A DNA stretch of 64,000 bases from a virus (IMGVR_UViG_3300010882_000010); one strand, 5' to 3'; shown: positions 36,401 to 46,650, counted from the first letter of the stretch. Translations and numbers: made by a program. The notes: generated by a model not told the origin, from the letters alone.

Positions 36401-38808
36401 GATACAGAATTGATTTAACACTTTGGGACTTAACTAATCATAGTGTTAGAACTCACAAGTATGTTGATGTTAGAATGCCTGAAATAGAAGTGAACATGCT
36501 TACAAGAATAACAGAACATATCCCAAATTGGAAAGAATACAAAGAAATACCATGGAAATCAGCAGGACAAGAGCTTAGAACTCCAGCTTTAAGAAATGAA
36601 GTTAAATGGGAAGATTGTCAACTTAGATGGGAAGATTTTGATTTAAGAACCTACAATACAACAGAAGATGTTAGAGAACTTTTTGAAACATCTGAGTCAG
36701 CTAAAATGGTTAGAATTTCAGAATTTGATAGATTTGTTGGTGTTATTGTAGATTCCGGTATCGATGTTAATACTAAAACTGTAAAATGTGAAGGTAGTTT
36801 TAGACATCCTGAATTAAGACCTGGATTAGATTTCGTATTCTTTAGAAGAGATGAAACTATTTTCAAAACTAAAGTAATTGATGTTATCTATGATGGAATC
36901 TACACTACTTTAATACTTGAAAATTTACCAATTGGATTAAACAAAACATGGGAAGTTCTTAGAGAAATCGGCGGCAATGTTTTAGTAGATGGCAAAGTTG
37001 ATTATGATGAATCAGTAAGAATCAATGGACTTAAAGTAGGTCAATGGTTAAAATTTTGGTATGATGAACAAAAAATAGAGCAACAAAAAATTCTATTAGA
37101 AGACATCATAGTTAAAACAGAATTAGCAAGTGAGCCAGAAGGAATCATACTTTCTATGCCAATTGATAAAGTTAAAAGCGAATTCGGAAAGGTCTACAGA
37201 ATAAAAACTGGTGAAATTGGTACCGATTTAGAAATTTTACCAGATACTATGCAAATTAAGATTAACTATGATCTTGAAGATGAAGAAATTAAACCTGGCT
37301 TTACTGAAATTTTATTAACATCTGAATTTGAAGGTGAAGAATTTTTACAACGTGTTTTAGTTCAACATAGTACGCATGTTAACATAGAAGAGCTTGGAGA
37401 AGATCCAATTAACTACACTTTACTTGATGTAATTGAGATAGATTCAGATATTAGATTAGCTTTAAACGGTTCAAGTTTTGAATATGCTTATTGGCAATTC
37501 AATGTAAAGTTAGTACATTTTAATGATAGTTATGGACCAACTGAATTACTTTTGAATTTTAATGACTATCCATATCACTCAAAATTCATTAAAATGGTAC
37601 CACTAATTACAGAAGAACCTATCACACCGGGATTAGAACCTATTGTTATTGGGGTTGATTCCGGAAAAGCTATTAAAACAATTGAAGATTTTAATGATAT
37701 TAACAAGTATCTAGATGAAACAGAGTACAAAATAGTTCTTAATGAAGATAGCGGATTATGGTATTTTGACTATATCACCAAAGATGGTACTTACTCAATT
37801 CAAGTTACCAATATTGGGGACGAAGATGGTAGTTCTTTAATTACAGTTAATGATGATCATTCAGAACTTTTTCAAATAGGACCACAGTTTAAACTTAGTT
37901 GGACTAATTTTGATGAAGATTATGCTGAAAATAGAATAGGAATTCACAATCATACTTGGGAAAATTATGATGAAGTACAATGGAAAGATTTATCAGCATT
38001 ACAATGGCAACATGGTGAATTTTATCCAGGAGTTCTTTGTAGTTTTGAAATTACTAAAGTAATTAGAAAAGGAACTATTAGATTTGAAAATTTTCCTAAG
38101 TTTACGTTTAATGAAATTTTAGATGGAAATGTTGTAGGAACTTATGCTATGTGGAAATCGGCAACAAATGAACTTAATAATTCAACTAATGAAGGAATTT
38201 CTAAATTTAGTTACAGTTTGTTAGAAATTGAAGAAGGGATTTCATACAAAATTATTGCAACATCAAAAAATCAAACGATAAGTTCTTTAGGAAATTTAAA
38301 GTTTAGTAATGGGGTTGAAGGAATTTTTGAAACACACGAAAATGGATTTGTTTTTGCAAATTCTTATCCTCTTGGATATTACAAAGAATGGTATGATCCA
38401 CATGTTTTCGGACCTGAAAACAAAATAGCACAATGGAAACCTATTGCTAGAACATACTATGAACATGAACTTGATAAACAAGAAACTATTAAAGATTCCG
38501 ATTTGTTAAATCAAGTTATTGGAGGTAGTTTTACTTGGGATGATTTCTTTTCTTCTACTAATTCAGAAGTATTCAGACCAATGACCACAGTTTTCTTTAA
38601 TCTCTCTAACATCAAAATTTTTGGAAAGAAAAACTTTAAATGGATTTTGCGTAATAGAACTAATGATGAAATTCTTTGTGAAACTATTGACAAAAATTTC
38701 ATATGGATGTTTACTGAAAAAGGAATTTACGATTTAACAATTGAAGTTGAAGATATTAATGGAAATTATCAAACTATTACTAAAAATGGATTAATTACTA
38801 TTCAATAG
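33484..38808 (+). CDS. Large baseplate protein (gp7-like) with PKD-like domains
   Basis: YIGSYKALVNILKYFDY..LRIKEYW (gp7/tail-I-like); C-terminal FTEKGIYDLTIEVEDING (PKD); Trp repeats. Confidence 0.65.
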   Translation: MILFHNLEFFNKSGNNLNLEKAFNVTVTVEDIVKPEHVIKDNSGYNPYPTLGDLEMITGNLGDVYTTNDGVIFVWKDGRWQSSEFGANYGEGAEVEVVINLENQIETFAILKQGKNYTPRTLITIKDVKIGTDFEIFGENFVIRDSDGKIESIFSPTRATGFTFPAMYYKGEIFFKKLSTGLIETEHIYVTERVKSSVDGSLMLVYPRYGIFENGSKIDNIVINLEDGDQEIFPFTIDKSGEYPQIKKEFDDEFYYSEPLAEGWTNGDWIWDREPDPLVEGDWGEGHYEQINDVFDYSLTRILPPMNNTVMQLNIGASSNEEGIFENTLKLQIHDKDENGKPFLYTFAEILMRAEIEGEDERFRLALETFGFSLSQQDAIMLREADIKEHLPDFLMINEKRKEMLLEYSNIFPYIGSYKALVNILKYFDYNDLRIKEYWLNVEMVNRDDKRKSFRKGEKLKSRISEPVPSRIEEIETEEKIENLVKIHKAPLISKESEKKGKRSKFNNNQDFEKDEEQVVEEEKRRKHFPKAIEIGDMIKFWDKYNYIPNTYGKNNRKLLKFNEKYYKQVDIPFELKGKGRNWKDEDFLPSEIWKKTSLFSLHYDINKPSGKTDQWGIPEVIDNFMFSEEEALIKLFMLKRYLKEKFLPLHARIIDITGEGIYFARYAISTWKDDTDTLYVDKEFQPDFKVKSSYLIEDLQNYGEKVRETLPELANEPLLEYLQNALFKFTNTKSTPHNDIGPIGCILHLDCDTFDVSWKDMNLTWDDLMIFTSIQFDITMVKPKSILRFDDWFTGELSEFQFTKDIPKIIEPEHPEEMSETELFDWYNPQYKDMFVAVYEELLRASVVPDEDTLNSYYDPIISSFNYIDPIPRDIHGVEILGAFDYRTAKIIAYSNEINPRTVSVQFINGAQGIFKPCPNQGINTWETIGQHEFYELEWTVTHMDSSKFSMKIRDNIISGKNKTFTVPFSGRYRIDLTLWDLTNHSVRTHKYVDVRMPEIEVNMLTRITEHIPNWKEYKEIPWKSAGQELRTPALRNEVKWEDCQLRWEDFDLRTYNTTEDVRELFETSESAKMVRISEFDRFVGVIVDSGIDVNTKTVKCEGSFRHPELRPGLDFVFFRRDETIFKTKVIDVIYDGIYTTLILENLPIGLNKTWEVLREIGGNVLVDGKVDYDESVRINGLKVGQWLKFWYDEQKIEQQKILLEDIIVKTELASEPEGIILSMPIDKVKSEFGKVYRIKTGEIGTDLEILPDTMQIKINYDLEDEEIKPGFTEILLTSEFEGEEFLQRVLVQHSTHVNIEELGEDPINYTLLDVIEIDSDIRLALNGSSFEYAYWQFNVKLVHFNDSYGPTELLLNFNDYPYHSKFIKMVPLITEEPITPGLEPIVIGVDSGKAIKTIEDFNDINKYLDETEYKIVLNEDSGLWYFDYITKDGTYSIQVTNIGDEDGSSLITVNDDHSELFQIGPQFKLSWTNFDEDYAENRIGIHNHTWENYDEVQWKDLSALQWQHGEFYPGVLCSFEITKVIRKGTIRFENFPKFTFNEILDGNVVGTYAMWKSATNELNNSTNEGISKFSYSLLEIEEGISYKIIATSKNQTISSLGNLKFSNGVEGIFETHENGFVFANSYPLGYYKEWYDPHVFGPENKIAQWKPIARTYYEHELDKQETIKDSDLLNQVIGGSFTWDDFFSSTNSEVFRPMTTVFFNLSNIKIFGKKNFKWILRNRTNDEILCETIDKNFIWMFTEKGIYDLTIEVEDINGNYQTITKNGLITIQ

Positions 38809-38934
38809 TTAATCTTTGTTTTTTTTTTGAAAGCAAATCCCCTATGTAAGGATATTTTACTTTCTTCAAGAGACCTTGATTTTATGCACAATTTAAGATT
38901 AGTTTCACTTTTGTGAAATTTTTTCTTTTAATAG

Positions 38935-38963
38935 TAAACTTTTTGTTAAATTAGCATAATAAT
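38935..38963 (+). promoter_or_regulatory. Early/middle-type promoter TAAACTTTT-N13-TAATAAT
   Basis: Same spacing; upstream of the exonuclease. Confidence 0.7.
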
Positions 38964-38994
38964 AAGAATAAGTAGGAAATTAAAACTTAATACT

Positions 38995-39705
38995 ATGATA
39001 AATCCAAAAAATTACTTTTACTTTGACATCGAAACAACTGGAAAACATCCTGATTATGCTACTTTTAAATTAAAAGATGAAAGAGGTGCAGGACTTTTTA
39101 AGTACAAGCAAGAAAAACAACAAAAAACTGGACATGCTGATTGGCAAAGTACAACTGAGTCATATGAAAAATTTTGTACTCTTTATTCTGAGTATGGACA
39201 AATAGTTTGCATATCAACAGCATACATCAAAAAAGATGGAACAATTGGAATGCAATCCATTAAAATTGATAATGTTAAAATTAATAACGAAGAAGAATTA
39301 ATTAAAGAATCGGTAAAGTACTTTAAAAAGGCTCAAGAATTGGGATTAATTTTGTGTGGTTTTAATATTAAAGGATTTGATATGCCATGGCTTTTTAAGA
39401 AGATGTGTGAATATGGAGTTGAAGTTCCAGAAAATCTTAATGTTTGGAACAAAAAACCATGGGAAATTACAGCACTTGATTTAATGGAAATTTGGAGAGG
39501 ACGTGGATTTGAACCTACAACTTTTGATGAAATGGCTTATGCTTTAGGAGTACCATCTCCAAAGGATGGTGATGTAAAATCTTCAAATATCCAAAAATGG
39601 TGGTGGCAACGTCAAGGTGAAGATACGACAGAAGTTTCAAAATATTGTGAACGAGATGTAATAACACTAATCGAATGTCTTAAAAAAATTGCTAACTTAA
39701 TTTAG
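38995..39705 (+). CDS. DnaQ/PolB-type 3'-5' exonuclease
   Basis: ExoI YFDIET, ExoII GFNIKGFDMP and ExoIII YCERDV. Confidence 0.9.
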   Translation: MINPKNYFYFDIETTGKHPDYATFKLKDERGAGLFKYKQEKQQKTGHADWQSTTESYEKFCTLYSEYGQIVCISTAYIKKDGTIGMQSIKIDNVKINNEEELIKESVKYFKKAQELGLILCGFNIKGFDMPWLFKKMCEYGVEVPENLNVWNKKPWEITALDLMEIWRGRGFEPTTFDEMAYALGVPSPKDGDVKSSNIQKWWWQRQGEDTTEVSKYCERDVITLIECLKKIANLI

Positions 39706-39730
39706 TTCTAATTATTGTTCAAAACAAATC

Positions 39731-39746
39731 GGAATAAATAGTAAAA
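39731..39746 (+). promoter_or_regulatory. Late-type promoter GGAATAAATAGTAAAA
   Basis: Exact consensus. Confidence 0.75.
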
Positions 39747-39761
39747 AATAGTAGACAAGAT

Positions 39762-40430
39762 ATGAGTCAAGTTACAATTCAAGACATCTTAAGTTCTGAC
39801 AATGTTTCAGCTTCAAGAGCAACTATCATGAGTAATTTTAGAACTTTAGCAGATTCTGTTAATAAAATGCAACTACTTTTGGATGTAAATCAAAATGGTG
39901 GTGCTTTAACAGTAGGAGGACTAACTTTACAAAGAAAAGCAAATCCAACAAGTGCTTTTATCCTTAATGTTGAAGCTTCTGGATCTATTGCAGGAAGATT
40001 AACAATTAACCAAAATTTAGTAGTTGGAACAAGTAATAATTTAGAATCGGTTTTTAATGAACGTCTTTCTGTAATTGGTGAATTTAAAACAGTAGGTAAA
40101 ACAGTAATTGAAGGACCAATTAAAGTTGGTTCCGGTGCTATTTCTGATATCACACCAATTCAAAATAGTTTTGTTACTTTAACTTTTCCTTCTTCGGGAT
40201 TGGTATCACTTTCACCGGGTATTGAAGGACAAGTTGTAATTATTAAAATAGTTTCAAGTAATGCACTAGGTATTGATTCCGGTTCGCCATTACAACGTAT
40301 TGCTGATTTAACAGGTATGTCTACACCAGGCGCAACAGAAAAAACTTTTTTAACTTGTCTTTTTATTAACGGAGTTTGGAGAGTAATTAATTCTGTAGCC
40401 CCTAATAATGTAACTATTACAATTCCATAA
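39762..40430 (+). CDS. Virion/tail appendage protein
   Basis: Late promoter; beta-rich; N-terminal anchor-like motif shared with 52923. Confidence 0.55.
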   Translation: MSQVTIQDILSSDNVSASRATIMSNFRTLADSVNKMQLLLDVNQNGGALTVGGLTLQRKANPTSAFILNVEASGSIAGRLTINQNLVVGTSNNLESVFNERLSVIGEFKTVGKTVIEGPIKVGSGAISDITPIQNSFVTLTFPSSGLVSLSPGIEGQVVIIKIVSSNALGIDSGSPLQRIADLTGMSTPGATEKTFLTCLFINGVWRVINSVAPNNVTITIP

Positions 40431-40460
40431 TATTGAGAAGATTAAAATTAGAAAAATAGA

Positions 40461-42755
40461 ATGAGTGTAACACCATTCATACGTCCAATAAAAATTCAAG
40501 GTGGTAGTTTCTACACTTGTAGTTCAGCTTCCGAAGATTTAAATTACACTTTAGATACTGGAAACAAAAAGTTTAGATTTAGTAATTTTGCACTTTTGAA
40601 AATTCCGGAATTTAAAGCTTTAACAACGGCTAATAAAGCAGATTTGTTAAATAATTCGATTCCAAAACCTAATTTTGTTCAGCTTGATTCAATAATAGGA
40701 GCAAGTTCAGCTTGGTATAAAGGTATGCCTAATATTGTACCTAACATACAGAATAATAATGCGTTAGCAGAGAGTTTTCAAAATTATTACTACAATCTTG
40801 AAGAAATTTTAACAGATGATAGTGAGTATGATATGGAAGAAGATCGTACTATTTCGGAACGAGCTTTTTTCAAATGGTTGAAAGAAATTGGTGCTATCAG
40901 ATTTAGAGAAGCCAATAATACTGAAGTTGTTGAAATTACAGATGAGCATGGACAACCTGAAAAACGTTTTGTAGAAGAAGATGAAACTTTTGATATAGGT
41001 GGAAATCCAATTTACGAAAGAGTTGTTAAGTACTTAGGTAATATCAATGTTATTAACTCAATTCGTAATCCTGAAAATTCGTTTACAGAAGTTTACGTTC
41101 ATGTACCTGTTAATCATGGGCACACAAGAGATCCATTATTTTCTTCGATTTCGGATGAAAATTATTTTGCCGGCAAAATTGTAGAAACGAGTAATTTTGG
41201 AACTGATGAAGAATACATCCAAGGTAGAAGATACAATGATGTACATCCGGCAGGTTTGAATTTTCTTGCACACTATGATTGTAAAGGAATTGGAAGTTTT
41301 AGTAAGTGTTGGTATTTAAACCCAAGTACAACTAACTTTGAAAGAGGACCATACATGAGTGGATTGTCTTTAATTGATAATCCTAATTTTAAATGGTGGT
41401 ATAATCATACTTCACCTGCAGATAATGCTTATTATATGGAACCTATTGATCTTGAAGATAGTTTTACAGATCCAAGTAATGATGTTTTTGCTATCAGTCA
41501 TTTAGAAGGTCAAAATCCTAATAATCCAGAAGACTATCAAGTAACTAAGTTTATTAGAAGTAGATTAGATGGTATTTCACTTGATTTTGATCCTGAAAAT
41601 TACAAAAAGATTGCAACAAGTGTAAGAATAGAAAGTTTGGCAGAATACAATGAAAGTCATTTTGCAAGTAATTTCAGTTTTAACACAGTTTTAATTTACT
41701 ATGATCTTTACAGTGTTGATGATCCTGAAGACTATACTACAAACTTGTTTGGTGTGCTTTTCTTGGATAACGTTGATTTTATTCCAGGTCAAGGTGGTAT
41801 TATTCCATCAATGAACAAGTACAAGCCTAATAAAATTTTGTCACAAAATGGAAATTCATATGCTTTTCGTTTAAATATTAAGTTTGATGTTCATGCAGAA
41901 GATGCAAGTATTGAAATTAACATCAACGACTACAATACTTTTTCATTACAACTTTATCTTGATGCTTTGACTAAGATGAAATTAATGGCAGAAAGAATTG
42001 ATGATTTTGTTAATAGTTACAAAAATCTTAGAAATGAATTAAGAGATATTAAGGATTTTTACTTTAATGGAGATTCAATTAATGAACTAAAAGCAAGAAT
42101 AGACCATATTGAAAAGAAGATAACAGATTCAGAAGAAGTTTTTTTGAATAACAATAATATTGTGAACTTAATTAACAAGACATATGAAGAAGTATCTAAT
42201 ATCTACAAAAATGTAACATCTGTAGAGATGTCTTACAATTTAGATTTAATTAAGCAAGGTGAAGGGATTGAAATTGATAGAAGTGTAAAAAATCAAATTA
42301 CATTAGCAAGTACAAGACAAGCTTTTACTCTTGGAGAAAATTCAATAGTCAGTATAGTACATGATTTTAACAATTTACCGGAAATTTACTCTTGGTATCA
42401 TGTTTTGCAAAATTTTGATAATTACTTGAGAATTAAAGATGGAGATGTAGGAGAACCTTGGAATGTTGATAAAGATATTGTAATTTACGTTAATGATAGT
42501 GTGTCAGAATGGAAAAGAGGCCAAAAACTTAGAATTTCTTTTGAAAATGGATTATTGATGAATAATACTAATGGTAATTTTAATTTTCTAATCTACTCTG
42601 ACAGTCTTGATAAACTTAATTCAGGTTACAAGTACAATAAGTTAATTGGATTCATTTCAAGTAATGAGTTTAGTTTAGAAAATCGAAACAAACCAATTAT
42701 TGAGTTAATTTGCGTAGATCCATTAACTTTTGAATTTGTAGTAGATGTTTTTTAA
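40461..42755 (+). CDS. Large virion structural protein
   Basis: 764 aa in the late operon with a central coiled coil. Confidence 0.6.
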   Translation: MSVTPFIRPIKIQGGSFYTCSSASEDLNYTLDTGNKKFRFSNFALLKIPEFKALTTANKADLLNNSIPKPNFVQLDSIIGASSAWYKGMPNIVPNIQNNNALAESFQNYYYNLEEILTDDSEYDMEEDRTISERAFFKWLKEIGAIRFREANNTEVVEITDEHGQPEKRFVEEDETFDIGGNPIYERVVKYLGNINVINSIRNPENSFTEVYVHVPVNHGHTRDPLFSSISDENYFAGKIVETSNFGTDEEYIQGRRYNDVHPAGLNFLAHYDCKGIGSFSKCWYLNPSTTNFERGPYMSGLSLIDNPNFKWWYNHTSPADNAYYMEPIDLEDSFTDPSNDVFAISHLEGQNPNNPEDYQVTKFIRSRLDGISLDFDPENYKKIATSVRIESLAEYNESHFASNFSFNTVLIYYDLYSVDDPEDYTTNLFGVLFLDNVDFIPGQGGIIPSMNKYKPNKILSQNGNSYAFRLNIKFDVHAEDASIEININDYNTFSLQLYLDALTKMKLMAERIDDFVNSYKNLRNELRDIKDFYFNGDSINELKARIDHIEKKITDSEEVFLNNNNIVNLINKTYEEVSNIYKNVTSVEMSYNLDLIKQGEGIEIDRSVKNQITLASTRQAFTLGENSIVSIVHDFNNLPEIYSWYHVLQNFDNYLRIKDGDVGEPWNVDKDIVIYVNDSVSEWKRGQKLRISFENGLLMNNTNGNFNFLIYSDSLDKLNSGYKYNKLIGFISSNEFSLENRNKPIIELICVDPLTFEFVVDVF

Positions 42756-42777
42756 AATTTAAAATAATACGAACTTA

Positions 42778-45700
42778 ATGCAAACGCAGAATAGTTTTAG
42801 TGAGCTAATAGACAAATTTGTACTATTGCAAAATAATAGTTTAAGCATAATTCAAAAGCTTAATGAAGCAATAGTTTCGGATAATGAAGAGATTTCTTTC
42901 AAGTTGTACGATATGAATGGAGAGGAAAATGAGTACAATTTTCCTTCATTTGGTTTTCTTAAAGAGTCAATGAACAGAATTGATAATACTTTAAAAAAGT
43001 TAATGGGTATTGGAGACGGTGAGTCTATTATGCAAATGCCAGATGGAACTTTTAAAAGAATAGTTACTGTAGATTTAGCAACAGAACCGGCAAATATCTT
43101 AAATTTAGTTGTACCATCTCAATTTGGTGTAAAACCTAATTGGTTTTTTGAGTCTTTTCTTAGTCCAAGTCTTCATATATCAGTAGATGTTTCAAAGTAT
43201 ATCCCACAATCTGGAAAGCGAATTTTAGTAAAACGAGTAATAGTTCTCGCGGATACAATTAGTCAAAAAACTTTTTTTGATGTTAATTACAAAGGAAGAA
43301 ATGATATCAAACTTGAAGAACTTTATGCAGACCTTAATAATAATGGAATACTTTATCATGAAGATGAAGAGGTAAAAGAACTTCCTCTTTCAATTTTACA
43401 GTATGAAGGCACTTTTGATGTAATTGATATCAAAGATATTAGAGTAATTGATAATGATGGAATTGAAAAAGTAACAAGACAATACTTTCTTAACAAGTTA
43501 ACATACAATAATAATCTCAATAAAGTTCCTGATTCACTTAGTCTTAAAATTGGAGATACTTTAGTAGTTGAAGATACAACATACCAAGTTTCTTCTGTAG
43601 ATGCTTCAATTAATGCAATTACTTTAAGACGGCTTTCAGGATATGATACAATTTCAATAGGTGCTGATATTTTAAGAGTTTATAGTAGTTTGTTTGCACC
43701 TAAAAAAGCAGATGTTGATATCAGTTTTAACGAAAGACAAGTGGTTTTCTTTAAAGCAATCGAAGAATCTAATAATATTATCTCAAAACAATGGAGTCCT
43801 GGTATTGGTATTTTTACTAATGATTTAAAAATTGTTACAACAACAGGTGAACAAGATCTTAAAACGTTCTATTACAATAATGTAATGGATTTTAGTAATA
43901 TCATCATGTCAATGGCAAAGGAAAAAACAATTCCTTCAATTTATGGTGAGATTCCTGATGCACCATTCATTGATGATACTAATTTTAAGGTAGTTAGAAT
44001 TAATGAGCATTTGTTTGATAGTAAAGAGCAGGAAGATATCAGTAAAAAATCAGCAGATAAAGTTAAACTAAAATCTGAAATTCAACAAATTGAAAGTTCT
44101 ATTGAGTCAAACAAACAAATTCTAGGAAATACTACATTTAAAACAGAGCAAGAAAGAACATCGGTAAAGAATACTATCAATTCTTTAATAGCTGAAAAAA
44201 CAGCAAAATCGGCACTTTATGATTCTTTAGTTTTAGATTTAGTAGGAATTGCAAAAGAACACAATATTGTAGTTGAAAAACCAAGATATCATATCAGAGG
44301 ATTTTTTGAAATTCCAGATCCTAAATTTAATGAAAATACAGGATTTCAAGAAGTAATTCAATTTGAGTATGCTTACCGATATTTAAGAACAGACAATAAA
44401 CCAGCGAAAGCACAACAATTAGAATTTAGAGGAAGAGGTAAACAAACAAGAAGAGGAACTTACTCACCATGGGAATACGTTAAGTCTTCTATTAGAAAAC
44501 GTTACTATGATGAAATTGCTGGTATCTACAAATGGCAAGGTGAAGAGATAGAAAATCCAGATGTTGTTAATATTAATCAAGTTGATATTCCAATTACGAA
44601 AGGAGAAAAGGTTGAAATTAGAATTAAATCATTTTCTGAAGCAGGATGGCCAATTAATCCTATTGAATCAAGATGGTCAGATACAGTTACAGTTACTTTT
44701 CCCGATGAACTTTGGGTTAATGATCCAACAGCTCTAGCTTTAGAACAAGCAAGAAATGAAGAAAGTTTTGTTAGATTTGAAGCAAGTTTAAGAGCTAAAA
44801 ATGTTGATTTGCACTTATCTACATCAACGCAAACAGGTGATAGATATTTAGCACATGATGCTAACATGATAGCAAGTGGGTTTTTTGATGATTCAGGAAT
44901 AATTTTGAACATGTATGAAAAGATTCAACAACTTGAAGCTGAGTTAATGGCTCTTAGAAATCAAATTGATAAGAAAAAAGGTATTTTGCAAGTTGCAATA
45001 GTTGAAGGAGAAATTAATACTATTAAAACTTTTGTAGAAAATGGAAGTACTGTAGATTTGTTTGCAGGTTACTATACTGATTACATAGATATGCTACCTC
45101 CTAATGAAAAGAAAGGTGCTATAGTTACTAAAGTTTATCGTTTGGTAATTTCAAATACTGAAAAAGCACCATTAGAATTGGTTTCTCAATTTCCTGGAGG
45201 ATTAATGGATAGATTACCTGAAGTAGCAACAGAAGAAAGAACTTTAACTTTTGATAGTGAAAATACTACTTTAGAATTAGAGTCGAGTACTTTAGCAACT
45301 AATGATATTTTAATTGGGGCTACAATTCCAATAACACATGATATTCAAACAGAAGTAATGATTGCGGGTGCACCTACTATAGTTACTTTTCCAGCTAATT
45401 CAATTCAAATTCCAGCTAATGCTATTACAATACCATCACAAAATCTTGAATTAGCTTCTCAAAATTTAGATGTTGGATTAAATAAAATGAGAACTACAAT
45501 ATCTTCAGAAGATGCAGGCTCTAGGGCTACAAGAGAAGATAATGATTATTTTAATAGACGTAGATATTGGGAAGTTCCTATTAATAATTTACCATTATTA
45601 ACAGAAGAAACTAAAAATTCTAATGGAATTTATGCTGGTAATGTACAATCGCGTCAATTAAGATCTCAATTCATGTACTTACGCAAAAAGAATATTGGAT

Positions 45701-46650
45701 TAGTAACAGATCTTTACAAAGATAGCCCAGGATCAAGATATTTAGAACCTTCAATTACAGGTACAAGAACGGGTTCTGGAACAACTTTATCTGGATCTTC
45801 GAATGCTTTTGTGTGGGGTGGAAGTTTTAATGTTGAAGATGAAAATAATATTATTCCAGAGGGTAATGGACCTCTTAATGATTTTTGTATTCATGTTGAC
45901 TGTCCAATTTTACAACCTAAAAATGGTAGTAATTGGAATTGGGAAGATACAGTACCAACAATAGATGATTTTCAAAAACCTGAAATTGATTTAGGTCCTG
46001 ATGATTTACCAGTTTCTCCAATGAAAGTTGTTGCTTTTAGACATGCAGAATTTTTTAACAGACAATCAACAGAGCAAGATGGTAAAATTCAATTACAATT
46101 TAAAGATGCTTGGGATTATGAAAAAATTAATGGACAACCAAAAACTTTTGATGAAATCACAGAAGAAAAAGAATATCAATACCAAGATAAATTAGGATTT
46201 TATCCTCATGATAGATGGTTAATTGGTAAAAATACTTGCGGATGTTATCTTTTTGCAGCACCTTCTTATTTTGATCAATTATTAGTAGATGGAACAGATT
46301 TTAGAGCAACAAAAAATGTTGAATTTGGAGAGAATAAAGCAATAGTAGTTCCAATTATTTTTCAATATCGTATGGTAGATTTTTATGGTGAAGGGAATAA
46401 TCCAAATAGTGGAATAATCGGAGGATATACTACAGATAATACTAAATCAACTAATATTCAAAATATCATCTATGAAAAGAAATTAGGTATTGATATTAAT
46501 ATTAAAGATGAACCGATGTTTTCATTTGATATTGGAGTTTCTTCAAAATATTCTAAAAAGACACAAGCAGAAAAAGTAGAGACTGTTGTAAATTTAGGAC
46601 AACAATTAACTACTTTACAAGTTGATAAAGTACAGTTAAAAAGTCTTTAA
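42778..46650 (+). CDS. Large virion structural protein
   Basis: 1290 aa with coiled coils and an Ig/FN3-like segment (VEIRIKS....G......S.WS). Confidence 0.6.
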   Translation: MQTQNSFSELIDKFVLLQNNSLSIIQKLNEAIVSDNEEISFKLYDMNGEENEYNFPSFGFLKESMNRIDNTLKKLMGIGDGESIMQMPDGTFKRIVTVDLATEPANILNLVVPSQFGVKPNWFFESFLSPSLHISVDVSKYIPQSGKRILVKRVIVLADTISQKTFFDVNYKGRNDIKLEELYADLNNNGILYHEDEEVKELPLSILQYEGTFDVIDIKDIRVIDNDGIEKVTRQYFLNKLTYNNNLNKVPDSLSLKIGDTLVVEDTTYQVSSVDASINAITLRRLSGYDTISIGADILRVYSSLFAPKKADVDISFNERQVVFFKAIEESNNIISKQWSPGIGIFTNDLKIVTTTGEQDLKTFYYNNVMDFSNIIMSMAKEKTIPSIYGEIPDAPFIDDTNFKVVRINEHLFDSKEQEDISKKSADKVKLKSEIQQIESSIESNKQILGNTTFKTEQERTSVKNTINSLIAEKTAKSALYDSLVLDLVGIAKEHNIVVEKPRYHIRGFFEIPDPKFNENTGFQEVIQFEYAYRYLRTDNKPAKAQQLEFRGRGKQTRRGTYSPWEYVKSSIRKRYYDEIAGIYKWQGEEIENPDVVNINQVDIPITKGEKVEIRIKSFSEAGWPINPIESRWSDTVTVTFPDELWVNDPTALALEQARNEESFVRFEASLRAKNVDLHLSTSTQTGDRYLAHDANMIASGFFDDSGIILNMYEKIQQLEAELMALRNQIDKKKGILQVAIVEGEINTIKTFVENGSTVDLFAGYYTDYIDMLPPNEKKGAIVTKVYRLVISNTEKAPLELVSQFPGGLMDRLPEVATEERTLTFDSENTTLELESSTLATNDILIGATIPITHDIQTEVMIAGAPTIVTFPANSIQIPANAITIPSQNLELASQNLDVGLNKMRTTISSEDAGSRATREDNDYFNRRRYWEVPINNLPLLTEETKNSNGIYAGNVQSRQLRSQFMYLRKKNIGLVTDLYKDSPGSRYLEPSITGTRTGSGTTLSGSSNAFVWGGSFNVEDENNIIPEGNGPLNDFCIHVDCPILQPKNGSNWNWEDTVPTIDDFQKPEIDLGPDDLPVSPMKVVAFRHAEFFNRQSTEQDGKIQLQFKDAWDYEKINGQPKTFDEITEEKEYQYQDKLGFYPHDRWLIGKNTCGCYLFAAPSYFDQLLVDGTDFRATKNVEFGENKAIVVPIIFQYRMVDFYGEGNNPNSGIIGGYTTDNTKSTNIQNIIYEKKLGIDINIKDEPMFSFDIGVSSKYSKKTQAEKVETVVNLGQQLTTLQVDKVQLKSL

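Noticed and set aside
38972-38987. 14/16 match (GTAGGAAATTAAAACT) to the candidate TnpB guide at 5732-5747
   Set aside because: Mismatches fall in the seed-proximal part, both are AT-rich 5' leaders, and the guide boundary itself is unproven; likely chance.
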